Below the pieces are notes generated by a model. It had not been told where the DNA came from and did no database searches. It saw nothing but the letters and a program-made list of their open reading frames with translations. From Candidatus Omnitrophota bacterium (lineage in GTDB: Bacteria; Omnitrophota; Gorgyraeia; Duberdicusellales; 4484-171), in the NCBI GenBank assembly GCA_021735655.1, contig JAIPGM010000006.1, positions 1 to 64,000 on the forward strand: a stretch of DNA of 64,000 nt, read 5' to 3'. How positions within the stretch are numbered: position 1 is the first letter of the stretch; each line of letters starts with the position of its first letter. Shown piece after piece: positions 20,310 to 30,480 of this stretch. A program made the translations under genes and the position numbers.

Positions 20310-21244
20310 TTTTTAACCTCTAAATGAATATGTTTAGTGATTAATTTATTCGGTGTAACATCAAAGGCCGGATAATAACCCCGAACCCCTTTGGGTGCGA
20401 TCGGTACCCCAGCTAACTCCAACAACTCCTTATCTGGTCTTCTCTCTATTTTTATATCTTTACCAGTTTTAGCCCTTGAGGCCGGAGGGCAAATAACATA
20501 AAAAGGAACCTTAAAATGCTTAGCTAAAATAGCAATCTGATAAGTTCCAACCTTATTAGCAATATCGCCATTTTGAGCTAAATTATCAGCCCCAACAATA
20601 ACCTTATCGATTTTCTTCTCCTGCATTACCTGAGCTACCATATTATCGGTAATTATTGTAACTTTGAATCCGGCTTGGGACAATTCCCAGGCCGTAAGTT
20701 TTGAACCCTGTAAGTATGGTCGAGTTTCAGTAACAAAAAAAGTAACTTTTTTCTTTTGTTCGGCAGCAAATTTACCAATTAGAGGCATAAGCCCGCTAAT
20801 ATTACAGTGGGTCAGAACTACATCGTTGTCTTCAACTAACTTGCTGGCCGTTTGAGCCTGAGATATGCGTTTATTCTTAAGCATCTCTAAAAAGCCGACT
20901 ATAGCCTTCTCAACCGGCACACCAGAAGTAACCCAGGCCAAAACCATATCAGTTAAAAACTTAAAAGAAAGAGTTGGCCGAGTTGAGTTAAGCGCTTTGG
21001 CAACCTTATTTAGTAAAACTAAATTCACTTTTCCTTTATTCTTCCTAATAACTAAAAGAAATGTATACATAACAAGTAAAACTTGGCCTACGGCCCGAGT
21101 TTTCATCTTTTTTATTGCCAAACAGGCCTCTTGATAAGTCTTTACTTTTATGTATTTCACCTTAAAAGGAAGTAAGGTTTCATCAAGAATATAAATAGTA
21201 TCTTTTTTTAACTGAATTGGCCAAAATAAAGGTGAATAATTCAT
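20306..21244 (-). CDS. mtnA: MtnA / eIF-2B-family sugar-1-phosphate isomerase (5-methylthioribose-1-P / 5-deoxyribose-1-P isomerase-like)
   Basis: VLTHCN, ETRPYLQGSKLTAWEL, VGADNLAQNGDIANKVGTYQIA, PAFDVTP motifs diagnostic of MtnA. Confidence 0.8.
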   Translation of the reverse strand: MNYSPLFWPIQLKKDTIYILDETLLPFKVKYIKVKTYQEACLAIKKMKTRAVGQVLLVMYTFLLVIRKNKGKVNLVLLNKVAKALNSTRPTLSFKFLTDMVLAWVTSGVPVEKAIVGFLEMLKNKRISQAQTASKLVEDNDVVLTHCNISGLMPLIGKFAAEQKKKVTFFVTETRPYLQGSKLTAWELSQAGFKVTIITDNMVAQVMQEKKIDKVIVGADNLAQNGDIANKVGTYQIAILAKHFKVPFYVICPPASRAKTGKDIKIERRPDKELLELAGVPIAPKGVRGYYPAFDVTPNKLITKHIHLEVKK

Positions 21245-22044
21245 AGTTTTTTCCTATATTCAGAAAGTATCTTTAAGGTGACTTCGCCGGGGACGCCTTT
21301 TCCTATTTTTTTATCCTCGACCTCAACTAAAGGCATCACCTCCATGAGGCTGCTAGTAACAAAAGCTTCCTCAGAAGCATGAATATCCTCTACTCTAAAT
21401 TCTTTTTCTTTTAAGATTAAGCCGAGTTCTTTAACTATATCAATAACTACTCTTCTGGTGATCCCATCGAATGCTCCATCTTCTAATCTAGGAGTGAAAA
21501 CCTCTTTATCTTTAACCAAAAATAAATTACTTCTTGAACCGCCAGCTAAAAAACACTTAGGATTTATGACTAAGGCTTCCTCTTTGCCCTTACGTTGAGC
21601 CTCTAGCCAAGAAATCCTATTTCTTAAGTAACTTATACTCTTTAACTTGGAAAGCAAATCCTTACCACATCTCCTATGGGAAGAAACTATTGCCGAAAAA
21701 CCCTTCTCATAAACCTCGGAACTATAATAGCCAAATTTATCTACATAAAGCAATACGCCAACCCCTTTTCGCTTCTTATAAACAGTTATCCGAATGTAAG
21801 CATCTTCTAATTCATTCTCTTTAAGCAAAGACTTGATTTCTGTTTCCCAATCCTTTCCTACACTTTCAATTCCGATTAAATCCAACCCTTGGTTTAATCT
21901 TGTAATGTGCTTTTTTAGAAAAGGAATATTTCCTCGATAGGCTCTGAACGGCTCAAAAAGCCCCCAGCCGAATAAAAACCCTGGCTCGAAAATTTCTGCT
22001 ACCTGGGATTTGTCAACTATGTTTCCGTTACAATAGACCTTCAT
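21241..22044 (-). CDS. Class IV (fold type IV) PLP-dependent aminotransferase
   Basis: Length 267 aa and conserved pattern of BCAT/DAAT/ADC-lyase family. Confidence 0.65.
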   Translation of the reverse strand: MKVYCNGNIVDKSQVAEIFEPGFLFGWGLFEPFRAYRGNIPFLKKHITRLNQGLDLIGIESVGKDWETEIKSLLKENELEDAYIRITVYKKRKGVGVLLYVDKFGYYSSEVYEKGFSAIVSSHRRCGKDLLSKLKSISYLRNRISWLEAQRKGKEEALVINPKCFLAGGSRSNLFLVKDKEVFTPRLEDGAFDGITRRVVIDIVKELGLILKEKEFRVEDIHASEEAFVTSSLMEVMPLVEVEDKKIGKGVPGEVTLKILSEYRKKL

Positions 22045-22937
22045 TAACCAAATATATTAAAAAAATTCTTATGGGTAATTTTTTCCTTTACCTTGCCCCC
22101 AAGCGAATCTAACATTTTCAAACTATTGTTAACATCTCCACAAACCGGATAGTCCGAACCCCAAAGAAGTCTATCTTGACCAAACAAATCAATAGCTAGT
22201 TCAATATTCTTTAAAGATCCCCCGGAAGTGTCAACATAAACATTTTTTAGAATCTCACTCGGTGACTTTCCTAAATCTTTAACAATTTCTCTTTTTCTAA
22301 GCATTGCATAGACCCGATCAAATCTATCTTTTAAAAAAGGTACAACCCCGCCTAAAGATGAAAAGATAAAATTCAACTTATACTTTTCTAAAATACCTTC
22401 AACCATCAATAAACCAAGGAATATTGAAGCATCAAAGCTATACTCTAATACCGGCATAAGCAAGGGATCTTTCACCCTTTCAAAACCAATCGGATTGATT
22501 GTCTGAGGATGCACGAAAATAGGCAAGTTGTTACTTTCAGCTGCCTCAAATAGAGGCTCAAGCTCTTTAACCAAAAATTTACCGTTGTGGCTTGAGGCAA
22601 TGCTAATCGCTCCAAAACCTCGCTGCTTTAACTCCTCAACCTGAAAAGCAACTGTTGCTAAACTTTCCGTATCAACAATGCCAGCACCAATAATTTTAGA
22701 ATTTTCCTTAGTGATTTCCTCAAGGGCAGAGTTATAAATATCACAAACTCTTGCGAAAACTTCTAATTTTAAATGAGCGTCAGTTGATGGATAGCAAAGA
22801 AGCGCTTTTTCTATATTATGTTTATCAAGATAAGCAAAAAGCGCATCCCGATCAGTCCAAACACCTTTATAAAAAGCTGTGTAAGCTGATAGCTTTTCAG
22901 GGATAAAATGAATATGAGAATCACACAAGATACTCAA
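22044..22937 (-). CDS. Amidohydrolase-2 family TIM-barrel metal-dependent hydrolase
   Basis: N-terminal CDSHIH metal-binding motif, ~300 aa. Confidence 0.6.
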   Translation of the reverse strand: MSILCDSHIHFIPEKLSAYTAFYKGVWTDRDALFAYLDKHNIEKALLCYPSTDAHLKLEVFARVCDIYNSALEEITKENSKIIGAGIVDTESLATVAFQVEELKQRGFGAISIASSHNGKFLVKELEPLFEAAESNNLPIFVHPQTINPIGFERVKDPLLMPVLEYSFDASIFLGLLMVEGILEKYKLNFIFSSLGGVVPFLKDRFDRVYAMLRKREIVKDLGKSPSEILKNVYVDTSGGSLKNIELAIDLFGQDRLLWGSDYPVCGDVNNSLKMLDSLGGKVKEKITHKNFFNIFG

Positions 22938-24394
22938 ATATGTTTTTCTCCTTTAACTGCACCTTCTTCCCACTTAGCTACGCCCTGCATAACATCCTGA
23001 AAGCATAGCTTAGCTAAAGGGTCAAAATCAGAAGTCATAATTCTCTGAATTCTTCCTGGTTTTGAGAAAAACTCTCGCATCGACCAGGCCCCAAGCCTTC
23101 CTAAATCTTCAATTGTCAAATGGTCAGTCGGTATTACCGGATGTAAAAAATCCCATTTACGAAAATCAATCTTTCGTGGATCAAACCACCCTTTCTTTAA
23201 GCCAATTCTCCACATTGGTGAATTCGGAGCCGGTGTTACATAACCAACCCAAAGAATATCCGGATCAACAGTGTCAGTAAACTCATGTCTTTGTTTAACG
23301 ATCTGTTCAGTGTCATGATCAAAGCCAATCATAATGTCCGCAACCACAGCTACATCCTGAGCTCGCAAGATATCGATTGTTTTTTTAATATGTTCAATGG
23401 TTACCCCTTTAGCAATTTTCTTTAACTCTTCCGGAGTAGTTACCTCTATTCCAAAAACTCCCATAAACAGACCAGTTTCTTTCATTAACGGTAAGATCTT
23501 TTCACAATTTACCCAGTCAATAGCTCTCCCTAAAGAAACCCACTTTATCGGATTTCCTTTTTCCTTCTTTAAATTACAGAACTTCTCCACTCGATCAGCA
23601 TCAACATTAAAGTTATCATCCTGAATTACCACGACTTTAGTCCCAAACTTATGATGCAATAACTCTAGTTCCTCAATTACCCGCTCAGGCGATTTAGCTC
23701 TCCAGGTTAAAAAATCATTAGGTGAGCGAGGATCGTACTGGTTCCACTCATAACAAAAGGTACAGGCTGAAGGACAACCTCGAGAGGTTATCATTTCAAC
23801 AAATGGTTTCCAATGAGTATGACCAACGTATTTATCCATCGGAAACAAATCATAGGCTGGCAAAGGTAAACTGTCTAAATCAGTCATTAACGGTCGGTGT
23901 GGCCCCATCTGAGGCTTGCCATCGATCCTTGACGCTGTTCCAGCTACATCTTTAGTTGAAGTACCAGCTTCAATTGTTTGAACCAAATCAAGAAAACCTT
24001 CTTCCTCAGCCATAACTACATGATCAATAGCCGGATTGTCTTCTAAGGTTTCAATCGGAGTTGCTGAATACCAAAGACCACCAACAACAACTTTAACATT
24101 CGGTAAAACCTGTTTTATCTTAGCGGCGGCTTGATTAAAATGCCAAACAACTCCAAAGCCAACCGCACAATGAATCATATCACCGAGTAAAACTAAGTCA
24201 GGATTAATATCTTTTACCTTTTCTCCCAACTGATCTAAAGCGATACCTAAAACTGTACAATCAAGCACCTGTAAATCATTATAGCCATGTTCGCGGATAT
24301 AGGCTGCCCATTGAGCATATAGTTGATTAGGAGCAAAATGCTCTCCATGAGTTGCCCAAGCGCCTACTTTTGGTGATACAAATAAAATTTTCAT
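22934..24394 (-). CDS. B12-binding-domain radical SAM protein
   Basis: N-terminal Rossmann-like B12-binding region followed by TSRGCPSACTFC Cx3Cx2C. Confidence 0.8.
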   Translation of the reverse strand: MKILFVSPKVGAWATHGEHFAPNQLYAQWAAYIREHGYNDLQVLDCTVLGIALDQLGEKVKDINPDLVLLGDMIHCAVGFGVVWHFNQAAAKIKQVLPNVKVVVGGLWYSATPIETLEDNPAIDHVVMAEEEGFLDLVQTIEAGTSTKDVAGTASRIDGKPQMGPHRPLMTDLDSLPLPAYDLFPMDKYVGHTHWKPFVEMITSRGCPSACTFCYEWNQYDPRSPNDFLTWRAKSPERVIEELELLHHKFGTKVVVIQDDNFNVDADRVEKFCNLKKEKGNPIKWVSLGRAIDWVNCEKILPLMKETGLFMGVFGIEVTTPEELKKIAKGVTIEHIKKTIDILRAQDVAVVADIMIGFDHDTEQIVKQRHEFTDTVDPDILWVGYVTPAPNSPMWRIGLKKGWFDPRKIDFRKWDFLHPVIPTDHLTIEDLGRLGAWSMREFFSKPGRIQRIMTSDFDPLAKLCFQDVMQGVAKWEEGAVKGEKHI

Positions 24395-24408
24395 CTCTTT
24401 AATCCTCC

Positions 24409-25173
24409 TTATTTATCTTCTGGGTGATCTTGTTTAAAAGGAATTACTGGCTTTGTCCAAGGAGTTTGCTGGTTAATAACTGCTATCTCCAAAGGACAGA
24501 CATTTTTATCCTGTTTCAAAGCAAAAATAACAGTATTAGCTACTGCTTCTGGCTCCATTAATCTATCTTCAGCTATATCCTTTAACTTCCCAGTTAAAGG
24601 GGTTCTGGTAACTCCCGGGAAAATTGAAGTAACTTTAATTCCGAAATCACGCATCTCCCAAAAAAGCCCTTTAGCGAAAGCTCTGAGAGCTACTTTAAGC
24701 GAAGTGTAAACAATAAAATTACGCGGTGGGGGATCAACCATAACCGAACCGCTAGTTATATTAACAATATTTCCTCCACCTTGATCTTTCATCGGACCAA
24801 CGACTAACCGAGCAAGCATAACGTAACTAAAATAATTAGTATACATTATCTTTTCGATATCTTCAATTGGCTGATTCCAAAAAGGATGCTGGCTGGACAC
24901 ACCGGCTCCGTTAACTAGACAATCAACTCGGTTAAACTTAGATAAAGTCTCATTGACTAAATTCTCTAAATCAGCTTGTTTAGTAACGTCACACCTTAAG
25001 CATAAAACTTTATCCGGATTCGGCAAAGTTTTTTTAAACTCTTCCAAAACTTCTAGCCTTCTTGCCGCTAAGACTAAAGTCAAACCTTCTTTGGCCAGAC
25101 TTTCAACGATAACCTTACCAATCCCGCCGGAAGCCCCGGTAACAATACAAACTTTTCCTGTTAAATCAGACAT
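24409..25173 (-). CDS. SDR-family oxidoreductase (ketoreductase-like)
   Basis: TGASGGIGK cofactor motif and YxxxK region. Confidence 0.85.
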   Translation of the reverse strand: MSDLTGKVCIVTGASGGIGKVIVESLAKEGLTLVLAARRLEVLEEFKKTLPNPDKVLCLRCDVTKQADLENLVNETLSKFNRVDCLVNGAGVSSQHPFWNQPIEDIEKIMYTNYFSYVMLARLVVGPMKDQGGGNIVNITSGSVMVDPPPRNFIVYTSLKVALRAFAKGLFWEMRDFGIKVTSIFPGVTRTPLTGKLKDIAEDRLMEPEAVANTVIFALKQDKNVCPLEIAVINQQTPWTKPVIPFKQDHPEDK

Positions 25174-25185
25174 AACGCTCCTTTC

Positions 25186-26340
25186 TTAATGAGACTGCCC
25201 TTTTAAGGTCTTAGTCGAATTATCCAATAATCTATTCATAAAGAATCCTAGAAAAAATAAAATTATAGTCATGATGAAAAATAAAATTTTAAAACCAATG
25301 ATTGAACTTGCTAACAAGCTACCAAAAAAAGCCCCTAGGCCACCAAAGCCTAGTCTTAAAGAACTATTTAAACTAGAAGCATCTCTTAAAATTTTATCCG
25401 GCAAATGAGCCAAGTATGCCGACAACCCGGTATGTGAAAGAGCCCAGCCAGCGCCCCAAAAAACAATGGTTAAAATTATTAACTGATATTGCCAACTGAA
25501 CAATAAAATAGCAGTAAATACACTCATCGATATATATCCTATACGAGTAATTTTAATATTCCCAAAAGTAGAGCTCAAAAACCCACCTAAAAACCTAATA
25601 ACTATCGCGCAAACTGTTGAAATAGTAAAAATCGAACTTATCGCAACTTGCCTTAAAGCAAAACGTTCACTCAAATAGACTCCCAAATTTTGTTGTAGAC
25701 CATGGAATAAAAAACTGCCCAGGCCAACTGCTAAGAAAAGACGCAAAGCTTGCTTGTCTTTAAAAGTCTCAAAATAGCTTATCTTGAACTTTTCCCCTCT
25801 AAAATCAAAATCCTCTAAATAAAGTAAAATCAAAATGAAAATAAAAAAACAAAGAACTACCGGGGTTAAATAAATCGCCCGCCAAGGTAAAAAACCGCTC
25901 AAGAAAACTCCCAAGCAAGCTGAAACCGTAGAAAGAGCAAAAAATGTCCCTAAGTGCTTAGCCTTTTTGTCTGAATCTACGGCCTTCCCAATCGTAATAA
26001 AAGCTAGAGGTACGAAACCTGAACCAAAACAACCCATCATAAATCGAAACAAAAATGCCTGGTTTATACTCTGGGAAACACTAAAAAGCAAAGTCGAAAC
26101 ACTAAAGCCTATGATTGATATAAGCAAAAGATTTTTTACAGTAACGCTTCTCGATAGAGGCCCCCAGAAAAAAGCAAAGATGCCATAAGGAAGCATATAA
26201 ATCCAGGTAAGCCGGACAGCTATGTTTTTAGCAACCCCAAAATATTCAGCAATCGTTGGAACCAAAGCTGCTGTAGCTGATAAGCTAAAAGCAATAGCAA
26301 TAAAAATCAAACAAAAAATTAAAAAACTTCCTTTAGGCAT
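25186..26340 (-). CDS. MFS transporter
   Basis: 12 predicted TM helices, 384 aa. Confidence 0.7.
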   Translation of the reverse strand: MPKGSFLIFCLIFIAIAFSLSATAALVPTIAEYFGVAKNIAVRLTWIYMLPYGIFAFFWGPLSRSVTVKNLLLISIIGFSVSTLLFSVSQSINQAFLFRFMMGCFGSGFVPLAFITIGKAVDSDKKAKHLGTFFALSTVSACLGVFLSGFLPWRAIYLTPVVLCFFIFILILLYLEDFDFRGEKFKISYFETFKDKQALRLFLAVGLGSFLFHGLQQNLGVYLSERFALRQVAISSIFTISTVCAIVIRFLGGFLSSTFGNIKITRIGYISMSVFTAILLFSWQYQLIILTIVFWGAGWALSHTGLSAYLAHLPDKILRDASSLNSSLRLGFGGLGAFFGSLLASSIIGFKILFFIMTIILFFLGFFMNRLLDNSTKTLKGQSH

Positions 26341-26768
26341 TATTCCTTCTCAATTATCTCCTTAAATATCTTCATATTTGAAAGAGAATGATCATTGATC
26401 ATTTTTTCAGCTTGCTCATCATTAAATTTTGCGCCAGCAGCCATTTTAAAATCTTGGATCCAAGTCATCTCAGTCCCACCTTCAACCTCACGATACAACC
26501 AAATAATCTTCATAAATTCAAACGGGGCCATTGGCTCAACCCGAGATGCATAAGCAAATTTATCTTCTTTAAATAAAAGTCGGTAAGACTCCCAACTGCG
26601 GCCATTTTCATGGGTAAGCTTAAAAACTATCTTGTTTCCGGAAGTTTCTAAAACATCGCTTTCAACATATTCCTTAAAAAACTCTTTCCAACGTGAAATA
26701 TCATTGCTCATATCAAAAACCTTATCGTAAGTTGCCTTAATCACTACTGAATTTCTAGTGTGTGCCAT
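26340..26768 (-). CDS. SRPBCC-superfamily protein (polyketide cyclase/aromatase-like or lipid-binding)
   Basis: 142 aa, Bet v1-like pattern; context next to KS/CLF/ACP. Confidence 0.5.
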   Translation of the reverse strand: MAHTRNSVVIKATYDKVFDMSNDISRWKEFFKEYVESDVLETSGNKIVFKLTHENGRSWESYRLLFKEDKFAYASRVEPMAPFEFMKIIWLYREVEGGTEMTWIQDFKMAAGAKFNDEQAEKMINDHSLSNMKIFKEIIEKE

Positions 26769-26912
26769 TTTTTCTACCTCCTTTCAATGAGACTTAGTCT
26801 TTTTCTTCGCCTTCGGTTTGAAAAAGACTGTAGTCGAATTGATCCCGCCGAGCCTCGGGTAAATTTACGAAGGAAATTTACCCGATATCCGGGCGAGGCG
26901 GGATTACCTATA

Positions 26913-27716
26913 TTAATTATCAACCATAGCTACCACTCTCGCCCAGGCAGCTCCGGTTTTTCTTATTCTAACTGGAAAACAAATTACTTTGAAACCAAAA
27001 TCAGGTAACTTATCTAAATTGGCTAATCTTTCTATATGAATGAATTCACGTTTTCTTCCATAAAAATGGGTTGGCCAAAGCTTCTTTGGATCTTTTAACT
27101 CTTGAAACTCTTTAATCATAAACTTATAAGGCCGATCAATACCCATAGTATCAACACCGAAAATATTCACTTGCCTTTCAAGCAAATAGTCAATAACCGA
27201 TACATCTATCCCGGGATAATCAGAAAAATACTCTTTTTTGCCAAACAACTTATCCGAACCAGTATGCAATAAAACAATATCTAAAGGTTTTAATGAATAG
27301 TTAATCTTTTTTAGGCCGGCGTCTATATCTTGAGCAGTAATAACCTCTTCTGGTTTCTTATGCGTTAAATCGATTTTTACTCCCTGCTGGTAACACCAGT
27401 CTAAAGGTATTTCATCGGCAGTTTTTGAAGGGCGCCCCTGGGACTTACTACCATAATGATAAGAATAATCGAGATGTGTCCCACTGTGGACCGATGAATA
27501 AACCATCTCTAAAGATAAAAACTCTTCATCGGGCAAGTCTTCTTTTTTAATCATTCGCTCACCCTGTTCATAGCGAGCTTTACTTTCCGAATCACGCGAC
27601 ATCAAAACCTTATTTAACTTCTCAACCCCTTCACTGTGAGAAGTGCGCTCAATTCTTAAAGGATGTACTTCAAAGGCTTGGTCATCTATCGGCAGGCTCA
27701 AATCAACTATTTTCAT
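26913..27716 (-). CDS. Cyclase-family protein (kynurenine formamidase-like, PF04199)
   Basis: HSGTHLDYSYHYG resembling the HxGTHxDxPxH metal motif of the cyclase family. Confidence 0.65.
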   Translation of the reverse strand: MKIVDLSLPIDDQAFEVHPLRIERTSHSEGVEKLNKVLMSRDSESKARYEQGERMIKKEDLPDEEFLSLEMVYSSVHSGTHLDYSYHYGSKSQGRPSKTADEIPLDWCYQQGVKIDLTHKKPEEVITAQDIDAGLKKINYSLKPLDIVLLHTGSDKLFGKKEYFSDYPGIDVSVIDYLLERQVNIFGVDTMGIDRPYKFMIKEFQELKDPKKLWPTHFYGRKREFIHIERLANLDKLPDFGFKVICFPVRIRKTGAAWARVVAMVDN

Positions 27717-27731
27717 ATGTCTGTTATTTGC

Positions 27732-27965
27732 TTACTGCTTTTTTTTAGAAATTGTTTCGGTTATCTCTAAGGGAGTGGAAAACTTTGTAACCTCATCGGC
27801 CTCAAGATTAACTTGAAAGTTTTTCTTTAAGGCCACTACCAATTCCACTACTTCGGTTGAATCTACACCGATCGAATCATACATTTTCTGATCTTCTTTT
27901 AATTCCTCTTTACCAATATCTAATGTTTTACAAATAAGCTCAATTACCTCTTCTTTTAGCGCCAT
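27732..27965 (-). CDS. Acyl carrier protein
   Basis: 77 aa, acidic four-helix pattern with DSIGVDSTEVVEL phosphopantetheine-attachment-like site. Confidence 0.7.
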   Translation of the reverse strand: MALKEEVIELICKTLDIGKEELKEDQKMYDSIGVDSTEVVELVVALKKNFQVNLEADEVTKFSTPLEITETISKKKQ

Positions 27966-27980
27966 ATTTACCTCCTCAAT

Positions 27981-29213
27981 TTATTCTTTCTCAATTGCTA
28001 AAACAACATTTATTCCGCCACGACCTCTGGCCAAGATAAGAGCTTTCTTAACCTCAGCTTCCCTAGATTTATTCGGAGTATAATCTAAATCGCAGCAAGG
28101 ATCTTTCATTTCATAGTTAATGGTCGGTAGGATGGTTGAACTTTTCATCGAAAAAAGTGTCGAAATTAAATCTAAAGCTGTTTGAGCGCCCAATAAATTG
28201 CCATACATACTTTTAGGAGCACTTAAAGCAATATCTTTTATCCTTGTGCCGAATACATTCTTTAAGCTTCTGGTTTCAAGATAATCACCAAGTTCAGAAG
28301 CCTCAGCGTCTAAGCAAATATAATCAACCGCATCTTTTTTCCAACCAGCATCTTTGAGACATTCTTCTATCGCATACTCAAAATTACTTGAGTCGGGCCG
28401 GTAGCGTGAATAATGGTATCCATCAGAAGAAAACCCGATACCTTTTATAAACCCATACACCGGTACCCCTCTTTTTTTGGCTTGTGATTCCCTCTCTAGA
28501 AGCACAGTGCCTGATCCTTCGGCAATTACAAAACCGTCTCGATATAAATCGTAAGGTCGGTAGGCTTTTTTAAAGTTAAGGTTATTCTTTGATAAACCAC
28601 CCCGAGAATTAGCACATAAAAGTGCGTAGGGGCTAATCGGGGCTTCCATACCCCCAGCTACAACATAATCGTTTTTACCTTGGGCTACGGTTTTTGCCCC
28701 ATACCACAAAGCTAAGGCTGATGAAGCCTTGTCAGCGACTATGGTCTTACTATACCCTTTAAATCCGTAATAAATAGTAACTTGTCCTTGAGGGGCTGCC
28801 GGAAACCAGGCACTAGCCATATAAGGCGAAATACCTTCTCTTCCTTCAATATACATATCACGTAATTCGGTTTCAGCAAAAAGCCAGCCACCTAAAGCAT
28901 TACCCATAAAAACGCCAACTTTATTTTTATCAATATTATCTAAATCAATTTTTGAATCTTTAAGTGCCTGCTCACAAGAAACAAGAGCCATATGAGAAAA
29001 AACATCGATCTTTTTTACTAAGCGACCGGAAAGATGAGTATAGTGATCAAGCTCATGAACTTGACCGGCAATTCGTGAAGGATAACCGGAAGAATCAAAA
29101 CGGTTTACTTCATCGATAAACGATCCGCCTCGCTTAAGGTTAGCCCAAAAAGTTTCTTTCTTCAATCCACAAGGTGAAACTACACCAATACCAGTTATTG
29201 CTATTCTTTCCAT
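27981..29213 (-). CDS. Ketosynthase-like protein lacking catalytic Cys/His/His (chain-length-factor / KS-beta-like)
   Basis: Thiolase fold; active-site positions read ...DKASSAL... (no Cys), DAEAS instead of NAHGT, SMYGN instead of SMxGH. Confidence 0.75.
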   Translation of the reverse strand: MERIAITGIGVVSPCGLKKETFWANLKRGGSFIDEVNRFDSSGYPSRIAGQVHELDHYTHLSGRLVKKIDVFSHMALVSCEQALKDSKIDLDNIDKNKVGVFMGNALGGWLFAETELRDMYIEGREGISPYMASAWFPAAPQGQVTIYYGFKGYSKTIVADKASSALALWYGAKTVAQGKNDYVVAGGMEAPISPYALLCANSRGGLSKNNLNFKKAYRPYDLYRDGFVIAEGSGTVLLERESQAKKRGVPVYGFIKGIGFSSDGYHYSRYRPDSSNFEYAIEECLKDAGWKKDAVDYICLDAEASELGDYLETRSLKNVFGTRIKDIALSAPKSMYGNLLGAQTALDLISTLFSMKSSTILPTINYEMKDPCCDLDYTPNKSREAEVKKALILARGRGGINVVLAIEKE

Positions 29214-29216
29214 TAT

Positions 29217-30467
29217 TTAAGCCTCCCACCGTTTGAATACAATTGATGAATGTATTCCTGAAAATCCACTGCTTGTTTTTAATATGTAATTAGGCATAAG
29301 TTTTCGTTTTTTATTAGGAATATAGTCTAGATCGCACTTTGGATCTTGTTCTTCCTGATTAATGGTTGGCGGGAGATAACCACCTTTAAAAATCATACAG
29401 CAAAGTACAGCTTCAGCAGCATTAGCTGCAGCTAAAGGATGACCAATCATTGACTTTATCGAACTAATCGGAATTTTATAAGCTAAGTCACCAAAAACTT
29501 GCTTATAGGCATCCGTCTCAAAAGTATCGTTCTGCCTGGTGCTTGAACCGTGGGCATTAATATAACCTATCTCTTCCTTCTTAATCCCTGCCTCTTTAAT
29601 TGCCTCCTCCATACAGCGAGCCATTGGCTCACCGCTAGCCGGTAGATCAGTCATATGATAAGCATTGCAACTTGTGCCATAACCTAAAACTTCCGCATAA
29701 ATTGGAGCCCCGCGCTTTTTAGCATGCTCAAGCTCCTCCATAATTACAATTCCCGCTGCCTCAGAAATTACAAAGCCATTTCGCTTATTATCAAAAGGAC
29801 GCGAGGCCTTATGTGGCTCATCATTATTTTTAGCTAAAACATTTACCACGTCAAAAGCACCAAAGGTAATCGGAGTAACCGGAGCCTCACTTGCCCCGGC
29901 AATAATAAATTCCTGCCTGCCCTCACGAATAAGCTCATAGGCAAAGCCTATCGAATCGCTTCCTGCGGTACAACCAGTTGAAACCGTACAGTTCATACCT
30001 TGAGTTCCATAAACTGCTCCCACCTCAGCGCTGGGACTATTAAACATAGCTGCATCATAAAGATAAGGTCGACCTTTTCTTGGATCAATTGGTTTTTTAC
30101 CCCACTCGGTAACTAATAAAAACTCCTCTTCCATGAAGCGGGTTCCGCAAATTGCATTAGCTAAAACTACACCACAGCGACGGCGGTCAACGCTTTCAAA
30201 GTCAATTTTTGAATCGCTAACTGCCTGTTTAGCCGCGGCAACTGCAAATTGAACATACCTATCCATACGCTTATGCTCAGCGATTCCATAGTTCAAAGGA
30301 TCGAACCCTAAAACCTGAGAAGCAATCTTTGAAACAAAAATACTAACATCAAAATTTTCAACTAGCTCAACGGAAGACCTACCTTCAATAAGGTTATTAT
30401 AAAACTCATGTTTATCTTCGCCAGCTCCCGAAATTATCCCAACTCCAGTAATAACTACTCTTCTCAT
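29217..30467 (-). CDS. Beta-ketoacyl-ACP synthase (FabF-like, active KS-alpha)
   Basis: STGCTAGS active-site Cys, NAHGSST and IGHPLAAA His motifs. Confidence 0.88.
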   Translation of the reverse strand: MRRVVITGVGIISGAGEDKHEFYNNLIEGRSSVELVENFDVSIFVSKIASQVLGFDPLNYGIAEHKRMDRYVQFAVAAAKQAVSDSKIDFESVDRRRCGVVLANAICGTRFMEEEFLLVTEWGKKPIDPRKGRPYLYDAAMFNSPSAEVGAVYGTQGMNCTVSTGCTAGSDSIGFAYELIREGRQEFIIAGASEAPVTPITFGAFDVVNVLAKNNDEPHKASRPFDNKRNGFVISEAAGIVIMEELEHAKKRGAPIYAEVLGYGTSCNAYHMTDLPASGEPMARCMEEAIKEAGIKKEEIGYINAHGSSTRQNDTFETDAYKQVFGDLAYKIPISSIKSMIGHPLAAANAAEAVLCCMIFKGGYLPPTINQEEQDPKCDLDYIPNKKRKLMPNYILKTSSGFSGIHSSIVFKRWEA

Positions 30468-30480
30468 TATTTAATACTCC

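Noticed and set aside
26760-27008. Plus-strand ORF 26760-27008 (82 aa) covering the structured intergenic element
   Set aside because: It is antisense to the operon. Its peptide is low-complexity (LRLRFEKDCSRIDPAEPRVNLRRKFTRYPGEAG) and derives from translating the GC-rich palindrome, so it is not a credible gene.
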